Origin: Octopus sinensis
Taxonomy: Eukaryota
Direction: 5' to 3'
Length of the DNA: 64,000 nucleotides
Assembly (NCBI RefSeq): GCF_006345805.1
Contig: NW_021832533.1
Location: 186,001-250,000, forward strand
Both the position numbers and the translations under genes were made by a program. The notes under the pieces were generated by a model. That model saw only the letters and a list, made by a program, of their open reading frames with translations. It did no database searches and was not told the origin of the DNA. Positions 11,464-23,900 of this stretch are shown here, piece after piece; the first letter of the stretch is position 1, and each line of letters starts with the position of its first letter.

Positions 11464-14010
11464 ATGCAGCAAATCCTGGAGAAAGAAGACTTGATATCAC
11501 TGGGAGACATAATATTTCACTATCCCGACCAAGAAATTCCAATCGACGTGTGGTCACTGTGTTGGTTGTGTGCACAATGTCTTGAGACCCTGAATACTAT
11601 AAACAGAAAATACTTTTACGTGTGTCCAAGCAGTGTACTATTTGATTACTTCGGAAATGTCCGGTTTTACAACAACGTGGAAGGTACTCCATAAATAAGA
11701 CTTGCTAGTCGACCCATTATTCAAAAGTGGTCAATCTGAGCTGAATCAAGCAGTAAAGTTGATTGTGCATTGGTAGGAACAGATATATTCACTCGGGATG
11801 ACTTTGATGTATGTGTTCGAACACAACAACGACCTGAGTGGAGTCGTGTGCCCTAATCTGGGAGAACTAATGAATGCAATGACCTCCCCTACGACCGAAA
11901 CCTCCATTACATATCACCAGATTTTACAAATGTGCAAGGAACATGCAAAATGTGCCAAATCACAAATCTGTCGAATATATCAACAAGTACAAGCCAGTAT
12001 AGAATACAATCAACCAACAATCGAGTCTCCAGTCTCTGAAGAACAAGACAGTCAAATTCATTTCGAGGAGACTTCAGTCTACCATTCAGAGAGTGGGGAC
12101 TCGTGTTTTGGGGAAGGGGAAAACGTCCCTGTCGAAAGAGAGGAAGTAATGTCGATTAGACAACTTCTACAAGTATATGAACAGTTTTGAGTGACAGTTC
12201 TATAAACATGATTGCGCACAAATCATAAAGAGTAACTTTAAATTGTCTGCTGTGTTTTATCTGTTTGCGGAAATGCTCAATGAGGACTGTTTTCCCCTCC
12301 TGGATTCGGTCACGTGATTAATTCATTGAGTAGATAAAGTTCGCAGAGTTCGTAAAAAAGGATCCACAAGTCGGGGACAAATCCAAACTCGACATGTTCG
12401 GACGTCTCACATCCAAACTGAGTGAGTAGATTATGGACATTGTAGAAATGAAAGCTCGAACTACTATCGACCAGTCGAATTACTACTCAGCGCTGTTCCT
12501 CCAAGTGAGAGGGAATGAAGTCATATAGATTTGCTCGTTTGTGGTGGAAAACAAATGTCAGTCTCTTCAATTCCCAGTCAGGACAATATTCGAACAAAAA
12601 CTGGCCGATAAAACCGACTTTGTCGATTATTTGAAAAACGTCTTAAACAAGTAGTGAGGAATACTAATGATAGAGAAAACATATTTGATGCCAATAATCT
12701 GTACGTTCTGTACATTTACCGACTGTTTGTCAGTCCTCAAGAATTTCTGGAAATACTGATCAGTCACATTGACTTGTTGTACAAGTATTCATTCTTTTCA
12801 TTGCAGATACAACCAACTCTATTACATTCAACTCGTCAGTATTTGGGTTTTTGAGTTCTACCAAATCGACTTTAAGGACACCAACATGACTCTCCAAATC
12901 GAGCAATTACTCGACAGACCTTCTGTTTACTCCTAATCTTGACATTTAGTCGATTTTACAACAAATAAAAAAATCATGGAACTTGGCCTCTCTACAAAAC
13001 ACTCATTCCTCCCAATTTGTGAATTACATTCTTCTGACACCCTCCAATAGAGAGGACGACCATAATTTGTTTCCCAATCTCAGGCCGTGGGAGATCCTGG
13101 AGGCCCTGCACTTCATCCTGCAGAACGTCTACTCAACCATTCAGTCGATAACATTCGCAAACAATCTAAAAAAGAACAATTTTCTCAGGTTGTGGGTGTC
13201 TGGGATGGGTAGAGTGATGGGAGACCAATTGGTGGACGATTGGCAGGCACAGACGAGGACTGTGAGAGTAGTGGAGGACAAATGTTCAAATTGGATATCA
13301 GCAGAGGTGTTGGGTGGGGGTGACTGGGTGGAATGTGCACTGCTCACATGATAGACACAAGTCATAAGAACAATAATCCAAGTAGTCAAATTGGCTGCAC
13401 ATAAACACGACTACGCGTCCCTCGACGTACTTCTGGCTGGTTTGCAGTGTCCTCGGGTAAGACAACTCAAAGTAGACACATTGGTCCTCATTTTTTAGGC
13501 CTGGGACCACATTTCTACCAAAAATATGAAACTCCTCAAGAAACTTGAACAGACAATTGTAGTCGACTCACTTCATGTTTTAGGAACAACTGGGAAACAG
13601 TCATGAACTACTCCCAAAATATGCCAAACACTTCTCCTTTACTTGTTCGGTGGGAGTATTCGGCAAATATATTTTTGGGACCACCGAGAAGACGGAAACA
13701 CGTGATCTCGACTACTTCCGGTATCCCCCATGTCATATTCAGGGGGTTGTGTGATCGACTGGTCTACTGGGACATCCTCAATCGGCGTAACAGAACTACT
13801 GTCACTCGAGACTGTGCTTTGGTGGAAAGAGTTGTGGAAAGAATTAGACATTTGACCATATATTACTAATTGAGAGTGAATATGTCGAGCAATATTCATT
13901 AAATTTGTATTTTGAGAAGTAGAGCGAGAGCTTTTTGAGTGTCCTCCCTTATTCGAGTCTCAATTTGGGCTAAAAGAGCACGTCGACGGCGAATCTCGGA
14001 TATGATAAAT
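11464..14010 (+). CDS. KNDC1: KIND domain + REM + CDC25 RasGEF protein (very-KIND/KNDC1-like), multi-exon; start and end approximate
   Basis: KIND-like LISLGDII...VWSLCWLCAQCL...SVLFDYFGNVRF, then after 25-nt (11684-11708) and 24-nt (11753-11776) introns QIYSLGMTLMYVFEH...LGELMNAMT; REM-like LYIYRLFVSPQEFLEILISHI; CDC25-like SNWISAEVL, DYASLDVLLAGL, VRQLK|AWDHI. Domain order matches KNDC1 (comparison from memory). Confidence 0.78.
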
Positions 14011-14952
14011 TGACGGACGTCATCCCTTGACAACAATTTGATCTGTTGTGATGTCATTTAGTACTAATTGGGATTATTGAATTGAAAATTTAATAATTTG
14101 ACAGATTAGTTATAATATGATAATTATATGGACTATCAATGTTATGGGAAATAATACATGAATACATCAAAATGTATTATAAATGAAAGGGTTTTAGAAT
14201 TTTGGGACTTTTTCTACCTGGACTTTTCTAATTGAAGTGCTTCACTTGGAAAAAAAATTTATTACAAAAAAGGTGTAAAAACAGTTACAGAAAAATAAAA
14301 ATTACAAAAAAAATTATACTAAAATTTTGTTTAATTCAACGTGTTTTGTTTACCTCTATTTGATCCGAAATACAAAATTACAAAAAAGATTAATTTATGT
14401 AGGGAGAAAATTACTTAACTGTCCCGAATTCTTTTCCAGGACCATGAAAATTCCCGTGGCTTACTTCTACCAAAAGCAATCCTTCTTCCGATGTCATATT
14501 AAAGGCCGTAGAGAAATTTCTTGCGAGAATGCGTCCCCGTAATTAACACAAATTTTGTTTACTTATTAAATATACACTCTTAAATATTTGGATGAACGGA
14601 ATTTAGATTTATCTTCTTCAGAGTAACTAAAAAAATAGAAATTCGTTTTTCTTATCAATTAAATAATCATTGAAAGAAAAGCAAAAAAACTGTTGACCAT
14701 TTGGCCACTCACAGCAGTAAAATATTAACTAACATTAAGTATATTTATCTGTGCAAAATCCATCCAATTAAAATAAATCATTAATAAATTTTTTCTTGTA
14801 TATATAATAGAGAGTAAGCTAAGAGTACAGCGAGAGCCAAAAGTACATATTCAAAGGGTAAAAGGAACAGCACAATCGACTACTAAAACACAGAAAATAG
14901 AATGACTAAATAAAAAAGAACATCGCAAAAGAAAGAATTAAGAAATAGAGAA

Positions 14953-15207
14953 TTATTCTATTTTACGACGGAATTGGCAGCCTTCTCGGAGTTTGCATTT
15001 TCCTCCCTTGGGGAAGCAGAGAGGGACATTACACCCAACACAACTGATCACCGTCTGAGAGTGACTGAAGATTGTCGTCATTGCATTGCATCCCCCACAA
15101 CGAACGTCCATGAAGTAGGAATTCGGAGATGGGACCAGACGTTTTAATTTGTGCTTTCGTTGTTCATCCTTAGGGTCAGGGTATAATAAATCTTGGGCGA
15201 GTGTCAT
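14953..15207 (-). CDS. RPS27: 40S ribosomal protein S27 (eS27)
   Basis: 84-aa intronless [13 protein letters not shown]...[22 protein letters not shown]...C..C...GCQFRRK; same length and motifs as eS27. ATG at 15207. Confidence 0.97.
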   Translation of the reverse strand: MTLAQDLLYPDPKDEQRKHKLKRLVPSPNSYFMDVRCGGCNAMTTIFSHSQTVISCVGCNVPLCFPKGGKCKLREGCQFRRKIE

Positions 15208-15254
15208 TAGTATACCCACAACAAGACTTAATATAACGTGGTTCCTTTATTATT

Positions 15255-18227
15255 ATTATTATTATTTGCAACATACGTAGAATCATATTAGTTATAATTT
15301 TACTCGTGCAGCATTAAAAACAATCCTTTGAACCAGCCTCCTCCAACCTCCTCTGTCGTGAGCGAGTTTCCTCAGCTCGTCCAGATCCTCACCACTCCTT
15401 AGCCTTTTCTTCACACATTTCAGGTCTCCGTCAAGTGTTCCGGCAGCGTAACACGTGGACGTCCACGGAAGCTCGATCCCTCTTTCAGGAAGTAGCCCTC
15501 CATTGCTATGTTAGCTGGGGCAAGCATGTCCATTCGTAGAATTTGGCCAAATAACCTCCACCGCATATTAACGATTTCCACACTCAGAGGGCCAGTTCTG
15601 CATCTATTGTATAGCGATTCCTAATTGATTCTTATAGGCCAGTTCAATCCCAGTAGGGATCTAAGTTGCCTGCGGTGAAAAGAATCGAGTCCACGTTGTT
15701 CAGTACTAGACATTCCCCAGGTCGCCGAATTATATGTCAGGATTGGTTTGACAAAGGCTTCATACATCCTCAGACGAAGTGACGTACAGAGTCGTCGTTT
15801 GCCGATCCACTCTTTCTTTATCTTGTTCATCGTGGCCCAAGCGAGAGCCTTTCTTCTGACAATATCATGGCCGTCCCCAAGTAGAGAACCGAGTTTGTTC
15901 GTTTTGCGCCAGGCTTCACTTGAGCTGCTCTCCATCCTCATGATTTCAACGATGTCGGTTTTTTCAACGTTCATTTTAAGGAACCATCTGTTCAGCTCAG
16001 CAGGTGCCACTTCAAGGAGTCGAAGTAAGTAAGGCCGATTTGTCGTCTGACACGAAGTCGACGTCATCTGCATATACAATTTCGACGATATTGCCAGCAT
16101 AGAATTTTCGAAGGTCTCGTAGTGCCGTCTCCAGATAGATCACGAATAGCAACGGCGAGAGGGCGTCTCCCTGAGGGGTACCGACGTTGCACGTGAATTC
16201 ACGGGAAAACGCCGTGCCGACCCGCACCTTGAGCTTTGTATTCGATAGTAGTACTCTTATCATATTGACAGAGTCAGGGTCCAGGAATTGTTCCAGTATT
16301 TTGAGGAGTAGACCACGGCGTACCGTGTCAAAGGCCCTAGACAGGTCTATTCCCAGGACTGTTGTTGCATTTGTATCTCTGGGTGATAGCGCAGTACCAC
16401 TTGTGGGCCCAGACAGCATCGGCGGTGGATCTTCCTGTCCTAAATCCACTATGACTCGGGGATAGATAGTTGTCCACTTGTTCTCTTATTCGGTTCAGTG
16501 TAACTAATCCCAAAAGTTTCCGTAAGGTGTTTAGCAAGATTATAGGGCGTAGATTTTCGACAGGCCCAGCCTGCTTGTTAGGCTTTTGGATCGGTATTAA
16601 TAATCCGGAATCAAGACCGAGGAATTCCTTTTTCATAAACATACCATTGAGTAGCTCCGCCAGTTTGTCTGTTAGTGCAGGCGGTCCGTATTTAAACAGT
16701 TCTGAATTTATTCCATCCGGTCCAGAGGAGCGGCCATTTTTAAGTTTGGCTATTGCAGTTGATACTTCACCGGTGGTGATAGGTAGGCTGAGATGAGTGG
16801 TGTATCCGCTGGTGTAATCGGATATTTCTCCGTGAGCGGTTAATATACTCTCGAATACGAGGCTATATATTCAGCCTGCTCTTTGGGATTTGTGATGAAT
16901 CTTCCATTGCTGTCATGGATTTTGAGTTTGTTAGTTTGTTTTTTCCTGTTGAGTAGGCGGATTGCCGTAAACATTTTTGAAGAGTCCTTTAGCTGTTCAA
17001 TTCCTGCAGCTATTAAGTCGAGTTTGTTAGTGAAGTTTGTCTTGTTCAACATTTTGATTTTTTTCTGGGTAGATGAACGTCTATTCTGTAAGATTTGTTT
17101 CTTCTTCGGATCAGATGTGTTTTCCAGTTGTAGTCTTAGCTCCTTTTGTTCTTTGATGAGGGCAGGGAGATCAGAGTGTATACCTTTGTTGCATAGTACT
17201 TGCGACCGAAGGCCAATTGCCTCGTCGGCTGCCAAGAGGATCCCTTTCATTGTCTCCGCCCAGGCACCTCCTGGAGAAAGTTCGGCATTTATGTTTCCAA
17301 GAGATTTCATGATTGACAGTTGGTAGTTGTCTCTGACCAGCGTAGATGAGCACAGTTGTTCGATTTTATGCCTTATCCTTACATCAGCGTTGGGCCCCCT
17401 TCGTCGTAGGTCAATTGATGTCTTCATAGCAAACTTGGCAGAGACAATTTTATGATCACTGTAAGTAGCTGCACCTCCATAAGACCTTGAGTCTCGGAGA
17501 AGCGATTTTTCCCCGGCTCGACAGACGATGTAGTCAATTTGGTTGAAAATGTTGACGGACCCTGCGGTCGGTGAGGGTCGTTGGCCAGTCCACGTCGTTT
17601 TGTGACGCGCGGGATGCTGGAAACCGGTGTTGCATAGGAATAGGTCAAAGACCGACAGAATTCAGCTAGAACAGTTCCTGGATAGTTTCTGATTCCTCTT
17701 CCGTGATGGCCAATAAAACTTTCGTTTCCCTTACGGGTTCCAACTTTCGCATTCCAGTCCCCGGCAACAAACAGAAAGTACGAAGAACCGAGGTCTGTTA
17801 ATGTCCTTCCTAATTCCTCATAGAAGATATCAAGTTCTTCTGGATTTTTTTGAATACGTCCACTGTGTGGCGCGTAGACATTGACAATTGACGTGAGTCT
17901 CCTCGATTTGCTGCTTGAGATTGTACGTAGTTGTAAGACGCTGATCCTATCGCTGACTTTCCAATATCGATATAGTCTGGAGGTGTGGTTCTTGTGTATT
18001 GCGAATCCTTGTCCATAATGTATAGATTCTGAGGAAGCAGTATTAGGCGATAATTTCCGTGTATTTCGTCAAGTCCGTGTTTTACTTTAGTCTCCTGTAG
18101 ACAGCATATAGAGCCCTGGTATTTTTCGAGATCAGTACATAGAAGGTGCCTCTTAGCCACGGTTTTCAGACCTCTGACATTGAAGGTAAGGATTGTTAGT
18201 TCATTAGATTGTTTCGAATGCTTTCTT
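15255..18227 (-). mobile_element. RTE-like non-LTR retrotransposon (APE-RT, frameshifted, (TAA)n tail, 15-bp TSD)
   Basis: APE start TILTFNVRGL...CLQET; RT motifs ENLRPIILL, DLSRAFDTV, GTPQGDALSPLLF, YADD; (TAA)n tail at ~15255-15266; TSD GGTTCCTTTATTATT at 15240-15254 and 18228-18242. Confidence 0.93.
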
Positions 18228-19959
18228 GGTTCCTTTATTATTGTATATATTTAAATTTTGTAATAATTATAACTTATTTTTAAGAATATAAAAACCAATA
18301 TAAATTCTGATTCTATCACATAAATATACTCTCTTTGAGAAAGGAGAGTTCGGTGGTAAATATTTAATATTAAAATTCGGAATGAATTATTCATTATAAA
18401 TAATTAATTTGGAAATTTTTATTAAAAGTTTCTTTGAGCTTGTTCAAACATTTTTTAAAGTATCCCCATTTCAGTAAAAATTAAAAATGTCATGGAAAAT
18501 AGTTGTATATTTGTTCACTGTCGCAACATAGATATGTTTCTGTTTTTTACTTGGGGACCGTCAAATAGGGCGGGTTTCCAGACTTTTTTTTCTTGCTGGC
18601 GGTTTGTTCAAGAATCACGGTTCCGTGTTTTTGTTAGTACTCCAAAGCCCCTATGAGACTAATTTGCATAGAATTGACTCATAATCATTGTAGTTAGTGA
18701 TGACTCGTAAAACAGTTTGACAATCATACAGATACTGTCAAAAATTTAAACTTTCTTATAATTTTTTATAGAGTCCAGTTCAGTTCAAAAACTAAAAATT
18801 GATAATTCGAGTTGAGGTGGTTGACTTTCCCCTTATGTACAAAGTATCAATCTAAATCAGTAATTCTCAACGGGGGCGCTGGAATTTAATTATTATAAAT
18901 ATTTGTATTAGATTTTGTAAATCATTATCAAGTGCTTTTAAAAGCAAAATATTTGTGCTGATAATCAATGTATTCGGACGTATATTCAGCAAAAAGCCTT
19001 TCAATGATGATATCATCATTCTTTTGTTCCCTGTCTTCAAAATGTGTTTCAAAATTTACATAAAAACTTCACTGACTGAATCCACTCACACATGATCATA
19101 ATTGTAAATATCACTTCTAATGGATACAAAGGGCCTTTAATTGCTACCATTCCTTTCATGTTTTATTTTGAGCTTTTTCAGCTTGCTATAAATTGATTTA
19201 TGACAAGCTTTTCGATCCAAGTGAATGCTTATTTATAATGGATAATCCTACTCAAATGAAAGTAATAACTTGAATTTTAAAATACTCAGTTAGTTTACTT
19301 TAAGAGATGCATACATGGCTCTCTACATGTCGAATAACTACAATAACACTGTAGCAGTTATCATAGTATATTTTAAGGGTGATTCTAAAATTACAAACAA
19401 TTCCACATGCAGAAACGTGTAAAATTGAGATAATAGATATCCAATCAATTTTATTCCTTACCAGCCTATCTTGTATTTTACAAAATAAATTGATTTATAT
19501 GTTAGATCAACCTCAAGTCTTGCATCAATCTCGAACTGGTCAACAATTGGATAAAGGGACCATTTGTCTAGCAAATCAATTTGGGTTGGTGGTCTTCAAT
19601 TTTGATTACTCATTTTAGCTTTCCTTGAAACAAGTCGAATGTCGTATTTCGACCGAATACAACACCTATTACAACGGTATGCAGAAAGAAAGTCAAGTGG
19701 AAAAAAGGTCAAGTGGAAAAAAGTCAAGTCGTCTTTGTTTATTTTATATCTTATCTTTATAGAAATAATAACAACTTTTAATTTTTAACAATTTTTTTAA
19801 ATACTTGACTTTTTTCCGCTTTAATTTTTTTTTATTTATCAATTTCGAAATAATAAAAGTGACTTGACTTATTTGCTTTGATAAATCTTTTTGGCTTAAT
19901 CAGTTTCAAGGCGTATCTTAATCTTAATATCGTATCTTAAATATTATGCATGCCGCAAA

Positions 19960-20390
19960 AATAAGTGACAAAATGAAGATAATATAATTTAACAAAGGAG
20001 GCAAAAAAATTGTTTCAAAGGTTACAAGGCACTCGACAACAAAAAATTATATAATTTTTTAATTGTGTCAAAAAGTGTTCACAAGGATGCAGAGGAAGCT
20101 TAAGAACAGATCATAACTTTGAGTTTCCTAAAAAAGGAATCTCTCAAAATCACGAATTAAACGAAACTCAAATAAAAATGACGAAGTTGTGCAACAAAGC
20201 AAAACTTCTTGCAAAAAGAGCCAAGAGAATCCCTTACAAATCTATTCAAATGTTTTTTCTCAATGTGATACAGCATCCAGAATTATTCTCCCTTCTGCAG
20301 ATTCTTTCAAGCAAACAATAAGGAATCAACTCTTGTCTCTACATATTCCAAAAAATATTCTAGATCTCGAAGATTTTTTTAAAAACATAT
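19960..20390 (+). mobile_element. Possible degenerate MULE-type transposase remnant
   Basis: Peptide QQSKTSCKKSQENPLQIY...ILPSADSFKQTIRNQ resembles the region following FLYWCH in MULE transposases; weak. Confidence 0.3.
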
Positions 20391-20399
20391 GATTATATT

Positions 20400-20700
20400 T
20401 TTTTCTCGCCATGATAGAGCCCTTCTCAAACTCGATATAAAGAACGCATTCAACTGCATCCGCCGGGATTACTTCCTTTCAGTTTGCCACGACCATTGTA
20501 CCCCTGGCGCTCTTGTCCTATGGAAGACCCAGCTCTCTAATATTCGGATCAAATATTATCCCCTCATGTACGTGAGTTCAACAGGCGATCCACTAGGACC
20601 CCTCCTCTTTGCTTTGGGCATCATTGGAATAGTCCAGTCGGTTTCTTCTGAATTGAATATTTGGTATCTGGATAGCGCTACTATCGGCGGCAATTCATAA
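20400..20700 (+). mobile_element. CRE-clade-like reverse transcriptase fragment (degenerate)
   Basis: LLKLDIKNAFNCIRRD, GDPLGPLLFALGI and SELNIWYLDSATIGG correspond to CRE-type RT motifs (catalytic YLDD decayed). Confidence 0.72.
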
Positions 20701-21039
20701 TTTGAATTTTGTCTTGAAATAAGTTCTTAAAGAAGAAATCTCTCACAATCACGGATTAGACAAAACTCATGAAGTTGTGAAACAAAGCAACAGTATTACA
20801 ATCTTCCGACGATGTGAATAATTGCCAATTGATTTATTATAAAGACTGTTGAGATTCTCTTCAGTATATCATGAATGACACTTTTCATTATATGAAATCA
20901 TGAAATACAGTGAAATGGCGTAGGTAAATTAATTTTTAACTACACAGGTCTCCATTACCTCTGGGAATTACAGTATTTCACCCGTTCGACATTCTCGACG
21001 TGTTCGAGTTTGTCATTTATGTATTTTTCTATACAACAA

Positions 21040-22092
21040 ATTGTTTTGGAAACTTTCTGTCCATTCACTCCATTCTGTCCTGTTCAGGTTTAAAGAAGAC
21101 TCTAACTCCGACCTCAAAATGTCTAGCGAGTGGCTGTACAAAGGGAACAATACACCAAAGACTGAAGCTTTGTATTGCCTCTTGCAAGATAGAAATTTGT
21201 TTTTTTCTTCTGCGCGTGGTGCGCTGTGTGATCATTGCAAAAAAACTAAGAAGACAGTAGACCACATGGCTACACGGTGCAACAGAATGCTAAACAGTGA
21301 CTATGTGAGAAGGCACAATGAGGTTGTGAGATGCATCCATTTGCACGTATGCAGACAGTTTGGAATAAATAAAACTGGGAAACTAAAGTCTCACTCAGTA
21401 CAGTCTAGTTTATCGACTCAAATGTCGAAATAAGAGTAGATACACCAATATTGACTGATACGCAAGTTCAGTTCAATAAGCCAGATATCTTTATCTATGA
21501 CAGATTGAAGAATGAGATCACCATAATTGAGGTGGGGATTACATCGCAGGAAAGACTCAAACAAACCAAAGTTGAGAAATTACATAAATACGATTTGCTG
21601 GCTGGAGAACTAAAGATGTTTTACGGGGCACCAGTCCAAATTATTCCGATTGTGCTGACGTGGGACGGGGTGGTTTCAACGTGTTACAAAGCCTATATGG
21701 AAAAGTTATCCGTTGAAGGCCCGACAAGAACGTACATTCAGGGACTTGTCATGAAGAAGACATTGGAGGCAATTGTGGTGGAACATAGGCATGGAATCCA
21801 TACGTCTCAAGAGGAATTCATTACGGAAACCAGTCAGTTGGCTGAAGTGGCAAATCAATCTTGCGAGGACCCTTCGGATGAAGCAAACTGGAAAATCTTG
21901 TGTTCGGAGAATGAAAGTGCTGATGGTGCGTTGGTAGAAAGCTCTCCCAAGAGGAGAAAAATGGGAAAATGTAAAAATGATAACCAGAATTTAACCATTT
22001 TATTGAAATTTCATTTTCAGTTACTTTTAAAAACAAAATATCAAGTTAAAAACTCAAGAGGAAAAACATTTGAATATAAATTGATAAAATAA
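21040..22092 (+). mobile_element. 3' part of R4/Dong-like non-LTR retrotransposon (CCHC knuckle + REL endonuclease), RT absent
   Basis: CDHCKKTKKTVDHMATRC knuckle, YVRRHNEV, KPDIFIYD...IIEVGIT (PD-D/ExK), EKLHKYDLLA; one -1 frameshift near 21420. Confidence 0.85.
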
Positions 22093-22669
22093 AAACAGAT
22101 ATAAATCTAGTACATTGAAAATTGACAAGGACAATTAAAAATTCCAAAATATTCTAGATTATAGAATATTCTGAAACTCAACAATGTATTAAATTATAAA
22201 AAAAATATGAAAAATAACAAATAAATGGAAAAAAATTACACCACAACAATTAAACGTGTTTTTCAAAACATTTTAAAATTTAAGGTAACTTAATTAATAA
22301 AACGGCTTTTTTAAATTAAATAAATTTTATTCATTAATTTGTTTTGAAATTATGATTTTTACTCAAATATCCAACTGGCTATGGCTAGCAAACTTCTTGA
22401 GTGGACGTTGAGGTTTTGTGAATCATGGCCAAATAAACTCTGTTTCTAAATTATTACCAAACGGTGTCTCCCAAGGATCACCACTGTCTTCAATTCTTTT
22501 CAATCTTTATATGGGCGACATTCCTATATCATACTAACAAGGACGACATCTTACTCTCTTATTCTGATGATATCAGATCACGAGACCAAAGACCAAAACC
22601 AAGTTTTATAATGATTACTACTTTTGACAGCTTTTATAACAAGAACTGAACTGTCATTAATCGACCAAG

Positions 22670-22931
22670 TTCAGGTCCTCCAAAGAAAATAACTCAACGT
22701 TCTTGCTCATTAATGAAAAGAATAGTCGGTACAAAACCAATAATTACTCTAAGAGAATTCGCTGATGATTTAAATAATACAGGACCATTAGTATCCCTTC
22801 GTACAATTACTTTTACAATACGCAGTGAAGGCATCAATAAACGAAAGCCCTGTCGTGTTCCGTTATTAAAGAAAATACATATTTCTGCACGAATTAAATA
22901 TGACAAATATCTTTTAAAACAAAGAAAATGA
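22670..22931 (+). mobile_element. Tc1-like transposase N-terminal (HTH) fragment
   Basis: GPPKKIT...ITLREFADDL...VSLRTI...RKPCRVPLLKKIHISARIKY. Confidence 0.65.
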
Positions 22932-22969
22932 ATTTATAAACAATATTTTATGGTAAAAATGAATTTATT

Positions 22970-23900
22970 TAGTTTAATTTCTGATTGCCTACCGATACGA
23001 TTTTGCATTTCTTCTTTAATATTTTTGAGTACATCCTTTGCACCTGTCTTCTAGCACTCCAAAATAGCGATAGAACAACACAAAAAAGTCTTCCGATTAG
23101 AAAGTACTTAACTAAATTAGATATAAACTCTTTGCTAACATAAAGTCTTCTAGCATTCATCATTTTTTGATTGAGTCCGTTCGAGTCATGTATAGTCAGT
23201 TTTCAATATATTTATTTGCAGATCCAATTGATTCAAAATAATTTGGTCAAATATTTTCTTGTCAGTAGATACAAAGTCTCAATAGAGTAGTCGACTATAT
23301 TTCCGTATTTTGGATTCCTGTCGATTCTCAGCTCTCTAAGAAACGCTTCGAGATATATTATGAATCGAATTGGCGATTGGCGCTGAATCTCGTTGAATTC
23401 TTGCTTCCAATTTCCACGGATATGTCTGTTTCCGAAAGCAACAGACTTATTAGTTTCAGACAGTCCTTGTCAAGCAGTTCCTTCATGAGTTTTTTTCTTT
23501 ATCACGTTAATACTGTCGAATGCATTTTTAAGATCGATTCCTAGGATTTGGAATACTTTTGAGTATTTTTGACGTATTGAAATAAGCAATTTATGGCTCC
23601 ATATTAAATCTGAGATAGACCTTTTCACTTCTGAATCCACTTTGGCTATTAAAAAGGTATTTTTCCACGAACTCTCGTATACGTATAAAGGAATTTGTGA
23701 TTATTATCTAAAATTTATCAGCCTGGTCTTAATATTACATATTCTTGTCACTATTATGATTAACCGACAATATCTTTATAAAACGAAAATTCAATTTATG
23801 TGATCCTGACAATCCTTTTTTAATTTTTTTGGATTCTTGCTATGTGAGTATATAACCGCGAAGGACTTCTGTCTAAAGAGGAGCCTTTATTTCAACGGGA
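22970..23900 (-). mobile_element. Degenerate RTE-like RT fragment
   Basis: Minus-strand ILGIDLKNAFDSI...LISLLLSETDISVEIG...FIIYLEAFLREL, homologous to the RT at 16.1-16.4 kb. Confidence 0.65.

Noticed and set aside
18860-19400. Possible ISL2EU/Harbinger transposase remnant
   Set aside because: Motif similarity is too weak and strand-inconsistent to support a call.
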